Under the pieces are notes generated by a model. The model was not told where the DNA came from. It searched no databases and was given only the letters and a program-made list of their open reading frames with translations. Positions 37,193-45,093 of a stretch of 64,000 bases of DNA are shown here, piece after piece. How positions within the stretch are numbered: the stretch's first letter is position 1; each line of letters starts with the position of its first letter. Made by a program: the position numbers and the translations under genes. The stretch is from Gaiellaceae bacterium (GTDB taxonomy: Bacteria > Actinomycetota > Thermoleophilia > Gaiellales > Gaiellaceae): positions 8,694-72,693 of the forward strand of contig DATIDT010000029.1 of NCBI GenBank assembly GCA_035456125.1, read 5' to 3'.

Positions 37193-37516
37193 CTACGGAT
37201 TTTCCGCAGGTTTGCGCTCGAAGATCACCAGCACGCTCAGGTGCTCGTACGCGGTGAAGCGGTGGTCGGCACCTGCCTCCACGAAGACCGCCGTTCCTTC
37301 CGCGACGGGGACGCTCGTGCCCTCGACCTCGAGCACACCGGTGCCCTCGAGCACGACGTAGATCTCGTCGTCCTCATGCGGTTGCTGGCGGTCGGGCTCC
37401 GGCGCGACCAGGACGTAGACACCGATCTCGAGACCTGCGGACTCGTGAACGACCTCATAGCCTCCGCCGACTTCGGCAAGCCGCTGCCTGACAGCGGCGA
37501 TCTCGAACGCGTGCAC
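37193..37516 (-). CDS. Cupin-domain protein
   Basis: ...HEDDEIYVVLEGTGVLEVEG....AGADHRF... two-motif cupin pattern. Confidence 0.75.
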   Translation of the reverse strand: MHAFEIAAVRQRLAEVGGGYEVVHESAGLEIGVYVLVAPEPDRQQPHEDDEIYVVLEGTGVLEVEGTSVPVAEGTAVFVEAGADHRFTAYEHLSVLVIFERKPAENP

Positions 37517-37525
37517 GCCCGGACG

Positions 37526-37945
37526 CTACTTCACGCGTACCGTCAGGTGCAGCACGTTGTCCTTTCCGATCGTCTTCGCCATCGACTTCATCCACGGGTA
37601 GTCCTCGCCCGCCCTCGTCACGAAGCGATACGTGCCGGCGTGGCCGAACTTCACTGCCCTCGACGCGGACATGCGGTTCATGCCGGCGTGCCTCAGCGTG
37701 AGCTTCGGCCCGGCCTGCTGGATCAGACGGTGGGGCATGATGTCGTTGTTCACGAAGCGCAAGGTCGCACCGGCTCTGAGGGCGACCGTCAAGTTGACCT
37801 TCGGGTTCCCGTCGTTCAGCTGCCACAGGTGGCAGCCCTTCGTCTCATGGGTGATGGTGATCGTCCGTGCGCCGCCGGCGGGCGCCGCCGGAACGGCGAT
37901 CGCTGCTGCAGCCGCGACGACCACGAGCGGGCTCTTGATCGACAT
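37526..37945 (-). CDS. Secreted hypothetical protein with signal peptide
   Basis: AAGGAGGGACC RBS. MSIKSPLVVVAAAAAIAVPAAPAGGA signal-like N-terminus, then a beta-rich ~110-aa domain. Confidence 0.6.
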   Translation of the reverse strand: MSIKSPLVVVAAAAAIAVPAAPAGGARTITITHETKGCHLWQLNDGNPKVNLTVALRAGATLRFVNNDIMPHRLIQQAGPKLTLRHAGMNRMSASRAVKFGHAGTYRFVTRAGEDYPWMKSMAKTIGKDNVLHLTVRVK

Positions 37946-38071
37946 GGTCCCTCCTTCGGACAGTGCGCGCAGTGTGGTCGCCCGCCGCTGGGGAGCCATC
38001 CGCGCGGCGCCCGATCGGGTGTGCGGCTTTCTTCGGATGCCGCCCTACCCGCAGGCAATCATTCTTTCCGC

Positions 38072-38332
38072 ATGCGCCAGAAGACCTATGCGGTGTGGTG
38101 GCAGGAGCCCGAGGGGCCCCGACATGCAGGGAAGCTGCAGCTCGGGAGCCTTCATCTCCTTCTTTCCGGCAACGGGTCGGGTCGCATCGCCCTGCCCCTC
38201 GACCAGATCGTCTCGGTGGACTACCGCCGCGGCGAGCTGCACATCGAGCGCAAAGATGGCGCAGACCTTCAGATCGGCAACCTCGACGGCCCGGGGGCCT
38301 TGCTCGAGCTGAGCGAGGCGCTCGCGGCCTAG
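38072..38332 (+). CDS. Hypothetical 86-aa protein
   Basis: Terminal part of composite track ORF 37001..38332. No clear RBS. Its stop overlaps the convergent gene stop (CTAG). Confidence 0.4.
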   Translation: MRQKTYAVWWQEPEGPRHAGKLQLGSLHLLLSGNGSGRIALPLDQIVSVDYRRGELHIERKDGADLQIGNLDGPGALLELSEALAA

Positions 38333-38532
38333 TCGTCCGAGCCTTCGTTCTCGACCGGGCCGCGCGTCGGCGGAACGACGTCGGCAGGGGCGGCCGGGAA
38401 GTGCACCACCGGCCGGAACTTGCCGACCGGATCGTTGCTGGACGAGCCGTAGCCGAGCAACGCGAGGTTCGCAGCGACCGCCGCGGCGGCCGCGAGCGCG
38501 ACCAGCACCACCGTCAACAGCACACGCGTCAC
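38329..38532 (-). CDS. Small bitopic membrane protein (67 aa)
   Basis: GTG start overlapping the FdR stop (GTGA). VTRVLLTVVLVALAAAAAVAANLALL TM, then a Pro-rich acidic tail. Confidence 0.5.
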   Translation of the reverse strand: MTRVLLTVVLVALAAAAAVAANLALLGYGSSSNDPVGKFRPVVHFPAAPADVVPPTRGPVENEGSDD

Positions 38533-39548
38533 GCCGCCAACGCTAGCTCGCGCCGGAAGACGGCGATGTCGGCGGCTCGGTTCGCAGCGAGCGCTGCGAC
38601 CAGCCTGTCCTCGCGACTGAGGTAGCGGGCGGTGAAGCTGTCGTCCGAGCCTTCGCATTCGACCCGTGCCGCTGCACGCGTGTCGCCGACGAGCTGGAGC
38701 CTCAAGCCGAACTGATCCGACCAGAAGAACGGCGGTTGCGCCGGAAGGGGATCGAGCCCGAGGATCCGACGGGCCGCGGCGACGCCGCCCGCGGCGGCGG
38801 ACGTCCAATGGCCGGGGCCGCCGGCAACATCGCCGCACGCGGTGAAGCCCGCGCGCACGAGCTCGCGCGCAGGCTCGGCTCCGACGGACAGCAGCACGGC
38901 GTCGCAGGAGACGGCTGTGCCGTCGGCGACCGCAACTCGTGTCGGAGCGAGCGCCACTGCGGGCGCACCGGTGCGCAAGTCGACGCCGTTCGCCCGATAG
39001 CGACGGGCGAGGACGTCGCCGACCTCCACGCCGAGCGTTCCGGCGAACGGCGCCGCCCCCGCCTCGAGCATCGTCACGTCCACGCCGAGACGCCGGGCCG
39101 TGGAGGCAACCTCCGCGCCCACGAAGCCGCCGCCGACAACGACGAGGCGCCGCCCCGGCCGGAGCTGTTCCCGAAGCGCGACGGCGTCCCCGAGTGACCG
39201 CAAGACGTACACCGCCTCCGCGCCCGGGACGGGAATGCGACGCGCACGTGCACCGGTGGCGATGACGACCGCTTCGCCGGCACGGCGGCGGATCGCTTCC
39301 ACGCGGCAGCCGAGCACGAGCTCGATCTCGTTCTCGTGCCAGTACTGCGGCGAGCGAAGGAGGAGCTCGCCGGCGGAACGCTCCCCGGCGAGGAACTCCT
39401 TCGAGAGCGCCGGACGTTCGTACGGGGCGGTCTGCTCCTCGCCGACCAGCCTGATCCGGCCGTCGTATCCCTCTGCGCGTAACGTCTCCGCGCACCGCGC
39501 ACCGGCGAGCCCGGCGCCGACGATCAGCACTGACCATGGCCGCTTCAT
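38529..39548 (-). CDS. NAD(P)H-dependent ferredoxin reductase (FAD, putidaredoxin-reductase type)
   Basis: ATGA coupling to the ferredoxin stop. VLIVGAGLAGARCAE, YERPALSK, LVVVGGGFVGAEVA, CGDVA motifs. Confidence 0.85.
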   Translation of the reverse strand: MKRPWSVLIVGAGLAGARCAETLRAEGYDGRIRLVGEEQTAPYERPALSKEFLAGERSAGELLLRSPQYWHENEIELVLGCRVEAIRRRAGEAVVIATGARARRIPVPGAEAVYVLRSLGDAVALREQLRPGRRLVVVGGGFVGAEVASTARRLGVDVTMLEAGAAPFAGTLGVEVGDVLARRYRANGVDLRTGAPAVALAPTRVAVADGTAVSCDAVLLSVGAEPARELVRAGFTACGDVAGGPGHWTSAAAGGVAAARRILGLDPLPAQPPFFWSDQFGLRLQLVGDTRAAARVECEGSDDSFTARYLSREDRLVAALAANRAADIAVFRRELALAA

Positions 39549-39742
39549 GCCGCCTGGATCTCGATCACGCTGATCGCTGCCATGGGACACGCCGCGGCTG
39601 CGTCGCGCACGCGCGGATCGCCGGACTCCCCGACGCGCACGGACGCTGTGCCGCCGGCGTCGAGCTCGAAGATCTCCGGTGCGAGGTCGGCGCAGGCGCC
39701 GAAGCCGCTACACAGGTTGCGGTCGATCTCGATTCGATACAT
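39545..39742 (-). CDS. Small single-cluster ferredoxin (3Fe-4S/4Fe-4S type)
   Basis: AAGGAGGAAG RBS. 65 aa, CSGFGAC...CP motif. Confidence 0.8.
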   Translation of the reverse strand: MYRIEIDRNLCSGFGACADLAPEIFELDAGGTASVRVGESGDPRVRDAAAACPMAAISVIEIQAA

Positions 39743-40292
39743 GACTTCCTCCTTGGAGTGCTGGACGAACGGGACGCATCAGAACGCGCCAGGCAGTTGC
39801 GAAGACGACTGCCGCGACGGCAGCGAGGTAGAGCGTGAAGACCCACGGCCGCGACGTATCCGTGCCGGCCGCGAGACCGTGCACCGTCACGGCGGCGAAG
39901 ACGACGTACGTGGCCCAGTGGAGGCGGCGCCAAAGGCGCGCACCGATTCGCCTGCGCAGGGAAAACGACAGGACGATGACGGCAGCGAGCTCGGCGGCGA
40001 GCACCCCGAGCGCCGTCGGGACCGGCCTGTACGGGCTCAGGCCTGGAACGAGCAACGCAGGCAGTCGGATCCGGACGGTCGAATCGAGCGTCAGCGCAAG
40101 CCCATGCACTGCGACCGCGCCGAGCGCAAGCACCGTCAGGAAGCGGTGGGTGTCGGTCGCGGCAGCCGCGCGGACGCGCGTTCCAAGCGGCCGCGACTTC
40201 ACGACGAGCCCCGCGAGCATCGACAGCGTCAGCAGGACGTACGCGGTGAGGCCGCTCGCCCGCGCGAGGATCCAGAACGTCGGATCCTTCAC
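39708..40292 (-). CDS. Ferric-reductase-like transmembrane (bis-heme b) protein without a dehydrogenase domain
   Basis: GTG start overlapping the upstream stop (GTGA). 5-6 TM. His pairs HRFLTVLALGAVAVH (H-x13-H) and HWATYVVFAAVTVH (H-x12-H) lie in hydrophobic helices. Confidence 0.75.
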   Translation of the reverse strand: MKDPTFWILARASGLTAYVLLTLSMLAGLVVKSRPLGTRVRAAAATDTHRFLTVLALGAVAVHGLALTLDSTVRIRLPALLVPGLSPYRPVPTALGVLAAELAAVIVLSFSLRRRIGARLWRRLHWATYVVFAAVTVHGLAAGTDTSRPWVFTLYLAAVAAVVFATAWRVLMRPVRPALQGGSHVSNRDRPQPV

Positions 40293-40609
40293 GACGTCCG
40301 CGTCACGGTCAGGGGCGGCAAGGTCACGAAGCGCACCGACGGTGCCGCCGCGGGCTGCGCCCGCCGGGCTGCGATCTGAGCGTGTCGCTTCTTCAGCTCG
40401 GCGCGGTAAACCGCCCAGCGCTTCTGCACGATTCGGTGGACGACGAGGCTCTCGTGCCTGATCCGCTGCTCTCTCGCGGCGAGGGCCGCAACCCGCGGAT
40501 CGGCCTTGGCGGCCGCCACCCAGGGGCGCGCGGCGAAGACGCTCCACGCGAGGAAGAAGACGAGCAGCGCGAGGGCGAGCGCGTAGAGCCGGCCGACGTG
40601 GCTAGTCAT
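40289..40609 (-). CDS. Small bitopic membrane protein B (106 aa)
   Basis: MTSHVGRLYALALALLVFFLAWSVF TM, basic helical region, Ala/Pro linker, terminal VRFVTLPPLTVT strand. 8-nt overlap with the upstream gene. Confidence 0.55.
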   Translation of the reverse strand: MTSHVGRLYALALALLVFFLAWSVFAARPWVAAAKADPRVAALAAREQRIRHESLVVHRIVQKRWAVYRAELKKRHAQIAARRAQPAAAPSVRFVTLPPLTVTRTS

Positions 40610-40943
40610 CGGACTCTCGCTCGTGCTCGGCTTCCGAGTTCGGGCGGTGCTTGACGACGACGAGCGGCGCGGGACGTCGATAGACGACCTGCGGCGGCGC
40701 TGGCGCCGCAGCACGCGCGGCCGGCAGCGCCGGCAGCGCAGGCGGCTTCGCGCGCAAGGCGTGGCGCAGCGACGCCTCGACGCGGTCGAGCCTGTGCGCA
40801 CGGGCGGTCAGGGCCGCGGAGGAGGCGGAGGCCGCGCTTGCGTTGCCCGACCGCAACCCTGCTGTCTTCGTCGCGGCCAGGAAGCCGAAGACCGCCGACA
40901 CGGCGAGGATCGCGGCGACTGTGAGTGCGTGGATCGTTTTCAT
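40602..40943 (-). CDS. Small bitopic membrane protein A (113 aa)
   Basis: MKTIHALTVAAILAVSAVFGFLAA TM/signal, helical region, Ala/Pro linker, VVYRRPAPLVVV strand, acidic tail. Same architecture as protein B. Confidence 0.55.
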   Translation of the reverse strand: MKTIHALTVAAILAVSAVFGFLAATKTAGLRSGNASAASASSAALTARAHRLDRVEASLRHALRAKPPALPALPAARAAAPAPPQVVYRRPAPLVVVKHRPNSEAEHERESDD

Positions 40944-41008
40944 GTTCCGACCGTACGACGTTCGCTGCCAGAGCCGGGACAGGCGCACGTAAGGCTTCGG
41001 AAGCCGAC

Positions 41009-41026
41009 GGCAAAGATTTGGCAAAG
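41009..41026. promoter_or_regulatory. Direct repeat GGCAAAG-N4-GGCAAAG (11-bp phasing) in a divergent promoter
   Basis: Read directly. AT-richer patch caaagatttggcaaag. The adjacent palindrome GGCTTCGGAAGCC is at about 40993-41005. Confidence 0.35.
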
Positions 41027-41066
41027 GCCGCGCTGCGCGGTCGTGCTCGTGCGTCAGGATGCGAAC

Positions 41067-41717
41067 GTGCGCGTGCTGATCGTCGAGGACGAGGACGCGA
41101 TTGCAGAGCCACTTGCAGAGGGGCTTCGTCGCGAGGGATTCGACGTCACCCGCGCCGCCACCGGTGCCGAGGCGCTCGCTGCGACGGCCGCCGACGTGGT
41201 GCTGCTCGATCTTCGGCTGCCGGACCGAGACGGTTTCGACGTCTGCCGCGAGCTTCGCTCGCGCTCCGCTGTGCCGATCATCGTCGTCACCGCGCGCGGC
41301 GAGGAGGCCGACCGAGTCGCCGGCCTCGAGCTCGGCGCCGACGACTACGTCGTCAAGCCGTTCGGGCTCCGCGAGCTGATCGCGCGCATCCGCGCCGTCA
41401 CGCGAAGGGCACGGGGTGACCACGCCGGCTCGACGACCCGCATCGGCGACCTCGAGGTCGACGTTCGCGCACGTCGCGCGACACTGGGCGGTCGCAGGCT
41501 CGAGCTGACGCAGAAAGAGTTCGACCTGCTTGCCGCGCTCGCGCGCGACCCGGGCGCAGTGCTGAGCCGCCGCCGGCTACTCGAGGACGTCTGGGACACG
41601 AGCTGGTACGGCTCGTCGAAGACGATCGACGTCCACGTCGCCGCGCTGCGCCGCAAGCTCGGCGACCCATCGTGGATCGAGACGGTGCGCGGCGTCGGCT
41701 TTCGCCTGCGAGCGTGA
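41067..41717 (+). CDS. OmpR/PhoB-family response regulator
   Basis: GTG start VRVLIVEDEDAI..., DVVLLDLRLPDRDG, winged-helix C-terminus ...TVRGVGFRL. Confidence 0.9.
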   Translation: MRVLIVEDEDAIAEPLAEGLRREGFDVTRAATGAEALAATAADVVLLDLRLPDRDGFDVCRELRSRSAVPIIVVTARGEEADRVAGLELGADDYVVKPFGLRELIARIRAVTRRARGDHAGSTTRIGDLEVDVRARRATLGGRRLELTQKEFDLLAALARDPGAVLSRRRLLEDVWDTSWYGSSKTIDVHVAALRRKLGDPSWIETVRGVGFRLRA

Positions 41718-43087
41718 GCCGACGCATTCTCCTCGGGTACCTCGGCCTCGTGATCGTCGTGCTCGTGGCGCTCGAGGTGCCGCTCGGGATCCAGAACGCG
41801 CGCACCGAACGGCGCGATCTCGAGGCGAAGGTCGAGCGGGATGCGACTGCGCTGGCGTCCGTCTCGCAGGATGCCCTCCGCTCGGGTGGCAACCGGAACC
41901 TTCGCGCACTCGGGGCCGTCGCGTACGGCTATGACCGTGCGACAGGCGGCCGGGTCGTGATCGTCAACCGTCGCGGGATCGCCGTCGTCGACACGCGCCC
42001 GCGCGGCAGCGGAGCGGAGAGCTTTGCCTCGCGGCCGGAGATTGCGGCGGCGCTTCGCGGGCGCGTGGCGGTCGGCACGCGTCACTCTGCAACCCTCGCC
42101 CGGACGCTGCTGTACGTCGCGGTTCCTGCCGCAGCCGCGGGACGTGTCGCCGGTGCGGTGCGAATCACCTATCCGACGTCGGCCGTCGACGCGCGCGTGC
42201 GGCGGTACTGGCTCGTGCTCGGAGCCATCGCGGCGATCGCCCTGGCGGGGGCGGCAGTCGTCGGGTTCCTGCTGGCCCGTTTCGTCTCGCGCCCGCTCGC
42301 CCGGCTCGAAGACGCCGCGGCCGCCGTCGGTCGCGGCGACCTCGGCGCCCGCGCGCCGGAGGACCTCGGGCCGCCGGAGGTGCGGTCGCTCGCAGCGGTC
42401 TTCAACGAGACCAACGCGAAGCTCGAGCAGCTGCTCAAGTCCCACGAAGAGTTCGTGGCCGATGCGTCGCACCAGCTGCGCACGCCGCTGACGGCAGTGC
42501 GCCTGCGGCTGGAGAACCTGGAGCGCGACGTCGACCCTGCCGGGCAGCGGGAGCTCGACGGCGCGATCGGGGAGGTCGAACGGCTCGGTGTGCTCGTCGA
42601 CGGGCTGCTCGCCCTCTCGCGCGCGGCCGCCGAAGCCGCGCCCGCGGAGGCCGTCGACGTCGAGAGCGCTGTCCGCGAGCGTGTGGAGGCGTGGTCGGCG
42701 CTCGCGCAGGAGCGCGGCCTGAAGCTCGTGACGACAATGGACGAAGGGGCGGGGCGTGTGCGCGCAGCGCCGGAACGTCTCCGGCAGGTTCTCGACAACC
42801 TGATCGAGAACGCGTTCGAGGTGTCGAGCACAGGCGGCAGCGTCACGGTCGCCGCGCGCACGGCGCCGCCGTGGATCGAGCTGCGCGTCCAGGACGAGGG
42901 GCCCGGGCTCGACGCCGAGGGCCGGCGGCGAGCCTTCGACCGTTTCTGGCGCGGGCGCACGGGCGAGGGAAGCGGTCTCGGCCTCGCAATCGCACGGCGT
43001 CTCGTCGAGGCCGACGCAGGAGAGATCGAGCTCGTGCCCTCACCGAACGGAGGGCTCGAAGCGGTCGTCCGGCTGCGGCCCGCTTAA
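41714..43087 (+). CDS. Sensor histidine kinase (2 TM, ~150-aa extracytoplasmic domain, HAMP, HisKA, HATPase)
   Basis: GTGA coupling. H-box FVADASHQLRTPL, N-box LDNLIENA, G-box DEGPGL...GSGLGLAI. Confidence 0.9.
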   Translation: MSRRILLGYLGLVIVVLVALEVPLGIQNARTERRDLEAKVERDATALASVSQDALRSGGNRNLRALGAVAYGYDRATGGRVVIVNRRGIAVVDTRPRGSGAESFASRPEIAAALRGRVAVGTRHSATLARTLLYVAVPAAAAGRVAGAVRITYPTSAVDARVRRYWLVLGAIAAIALAGAAVVGFLLARFVSRPLARLEDAAAAVGRGDLGARAPEDLGPPEVRSLAAVFNETNAKLEQLLKSHEEFVADASHQLRTPLTAVRLRLENLERDVDPAGQRELDGAIGEVERLGVLVDGLLALSRAAAEAAPAEAVDVESAVRERVEAWSALAQERGLKLVTTMDEGAGRVRAAPERLRQVLDNLIENAFEVSSTGGSVTVAARTAPPWIELRVQDEGPGLDAEGRRRAFDRFWRGRTGEGSGLGLAIARRLVEADAGEIELVPSPNGGLEAVVRLRPA

Positions 43088-43368
43088 GCCTGGCCCGACT
43101 TATTGGCCCAGTCGGCTTTCGCGTCTTCCTCCATCCGCTCGAGCCGCTCGTAGTAGTCCGGGAACTCCTTCATGTGCGCGAGCGCGATCTTGCCGGTGAC
43201 GATCGGATCGTCACCCGTCACGTCCGTCTGAGGATCGTGACTCCCGTGCTCGTACTCGATGTCCATGCCGGCGCGAAACTGCTCGAGATCGAACCTGCTC
43301 CAGTCGATGCCGATCGCGTCGCCGACGCGACGCGCTTCCTCCACGCTTGTCCGACGCGTCTCCGTCAT
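43084..43368 (-). CDS. DUF5661-like small protein
   Basis: TAGGAGG RBS. ...GMDIEYEHGSHDPQTDVTGDDPIVTGKIALAHMKEFPDYYERL. Family name is from memory. Confidence 0.55.
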   Translation of the reverse strand: MTETRRTSVEEARRVGDAIGIDWSRFDLEQFRAGMDIEYEHGSHDPQTDVTGDDPIVTGKIALAHMKEFPDYYERLERMEEDAKADWANKSGQA

Positions 43369-43377
43369 GCGGGCCTC

Positions 43378-43473
43378 CTAGTGGTCGATGTGGTGCGTGT
43401 ACAGAGCGAACGCGAGCAGGAGCAGCAGGCATGCAGCGAGGGCGACCATCAGGCTGAGAGGCACAACGTGCAT
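43378..43473 (-). CDS. Unlisted 31-aa hydrophobic peptide
   Basis: My translation reads MHVVPLSLMVALAACLLLLLAFALYTHHIDH. AAAGGAGGGATC lies directly before the ATG. Its TAG stop forms part of the RBS of the next gene. Confidence 0.45.
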   Translation of the reverse strand: MHVVPLSLMVALAACLLLLLAFALYTHHIDH

Positions 43474-43619
43474 GATCCCTCCTTTCGTCGAGCTCATGAT
43501 CGTGGACGTGCGCGTCCCGGCCATCGGCAATGTGACGCGATCCCCCGGTCGGTTTCCCGCAGCCCGTTTCAGTGCATCCGCGGATGTGCCTCGACCGGCT
43601 CGACGGAAGACTCGGAGCC

Positions 43620-44645
43620 ATGGATACCTCAATCGCAATCAACGGCTTCGGTCGCGTCGGACGCGCCGCCTTCCGCGCTGCGCACGAGCGCGGGCTCGAG
43701 CTCGAATGGGTGGGCATCAACGATCTCGCCGATGCGGAGACGCTCGCACACCTCCTGAAGTACGACTCTGTCTACGGCCGCTTCCCCGGCAGCGTTGTCG
43801 CCGGGCCCGACTACATCGACGTCGACGGCAAACGGATCCGCGTCTTCAACGAAGCGGAGCCGACGCGCCTCGACTGGGGCGACCCGGGTGTCGAGGTCGT
43901 GCTCGAGTCCACCGGGCGCTTTCGGACGCGCGCGGCGGCCGCAGGACACCTCGAGGCCGGGGCACGCAAGGTGATCGTGTCGGCGCCGATGAAGGATGCG
44001 GATGCGACCGTCGTCCTCGGCGTCAACTACGACGACGCGTACGACCCCGCGGAGCATCACGTCATCTCGAACGCGTCGTGCACGACCAACTGCCTGGCCC
44101 CCGTGGCGTCCCTCATCCACGAGGCGGTGGGGATCCGCCACGGGCTGATGACCACGATTCACGCGTACACGGCGGACCAGCGGCTGATCGACCTTCCGCA
44201 CAAGGACCTCAGGCGTGGGCGTGCGGCGGCGCTCAACCTCGTCCCCACCTCGACGGGCGCTGCGAAGGCCATCGGGCTCGTCATTCCGGAGCTGGCCGGG
44301 AAGCTGCACGGCTTCGCGGTGCGAGCTCCGATCCCGACGGGATCGATCGTCGACCTGACCCTCGAGACGGAACGCGCGACCGACGTGGAAGAGATCACCT
44401 CGCTCTTCCGGGAGCGTTGCGACGTCGACGAGCTCAGCGGGATCCTCGCGTACAGCGACGAGCCGCTCGTCTCGTCCGACATCGTCAAGTCGACGTACTC
44501 CGCCGTCTTCGACGCGCCTCTGACGAGCGTGGTGGACGGGACACAACTGAAGGTCGTCGCCTGGTACGACAACGAGTGGGGGTACTCGAACAGGCTGGTC
44601 GAGCTCGCCGCGCGTGTTGTGAGCGCCGAGCGCGTCCCGGCCTAG
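43620..44645 (+). CDS. gap: Glyceraldehyde-3-phosphate dehydrogenase
   Basis: INGFGRVGR, SNASCTTNCLAP active site, WYDNEWGYS. Confidence 0.9.
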   Translation: MDTSIAINGFGRVGRAAFRAAHERGLELEWVGINDLADAETLAHLLKYDSVYGRFPGSVVAGPDYIDVDGKRIRVFNEAEPTRLDWGDPGVEVVLESTGRFRTRAAAAGHLEAGARKVIVSAPMKDADATVVLGVNYDDAYDPAEHHVISNASCTTNCLAPVASLIHEAVGIRHGLMTTIHAYTADQRLIDLPHKDLRRGRAAALNLVPTSTGAAKAIGLVIPELAGKLHGFAVRAPIPTGSIVDLTLETERATDVEEITSLFRERCDVDELSGILAYSDEPLVSSDIVKSTYSAVFDAPLTSVVDGTQLKVVAWYDNEWGYSNRLVELAARVVSAERVPA

Positions 44646-44671
44646 GACGCGACAGCGCTCGCCGCTCGCCC

Positions 44672-44704
44672 GCAGCCCCGAGCTGCCCGTGCTCTCGGGG
44701 CTGC
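44672..44704 (+). terminator. Hairpin downstream of gap
   Basis: GCAGCCCCGAG (44672-82) pairs with CTCGGGGCTGC (44694-704). 11-bp stem, 11-nt loop, no T-tract. Confidence 0.45.
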
Positions 44705-44834
44705 TCGCACGTGCGGTGGAGCTTGCGCAGAGAGATCAGGGTGCGGGATCAGGGTTGCACCCCGATGTCGGCGCCGCCGTCGAGGAGCATGCTCCGTCGG
44801 CACAGCTCACGAGCAACGAGAAGAGGTGAGGAAG

Positions 44835-45068
44835 ATGTCGACGCGCGTCGCGGCAACCGGAAGCTTCGACACGCTTTACGGGCTCTGGGTCAGGAGCTGG
44901 GAAACGGCGCTCGCGGCCCTCGCAACGGCGACGCAGACGCGGATCCTCGCTCCGGGCACGGCAGCGGGACACGCGGCCGCGATCGCGTCCGAGCGCAAGC
45001 TCGTCGTCAACGAGCTCACGCTGCTTTCGGGTCAGGCCTTGGCCGTAGGGACAGAGGAACCGTCATGA
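44835..45068 (+). CDS. Hypothetical 77-aa protein
   Basis: AAGAGGTGAGGAAG before the ATG at 44835. No motif recognised. Confidence 0.4.
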   Translation: MSTRVAATGSFDTLYGLWVRSWETALAALATATQTRILAPGTAAGHAAAIASERKLVVNELTLLSGQALAVGTEEPS

Positions 45069-45093
45069 GCACGGTCACTCGGCCGTCGAAGGC

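Noticed and set aside
37526-37945. Possible cupredoxin (blue copper) assignment for the secreted protein
   Set aside because: The fold might be cupredoxin-like, but the C-terminal C-x(2-4)-H-x(2-4)-M copper ligand set is absent. It is called only as a secreted hypothetical.
18845-44755. Recurrence of GATCAG in several spacers (18851, about 33378, 44734 and 44747)
   Set aside because: A back-of-envelope estimate gives well over ten chance hits for a 6-mer of this composition in 64 kb on both strands. The flanks are not similar enough to define a shared motif.
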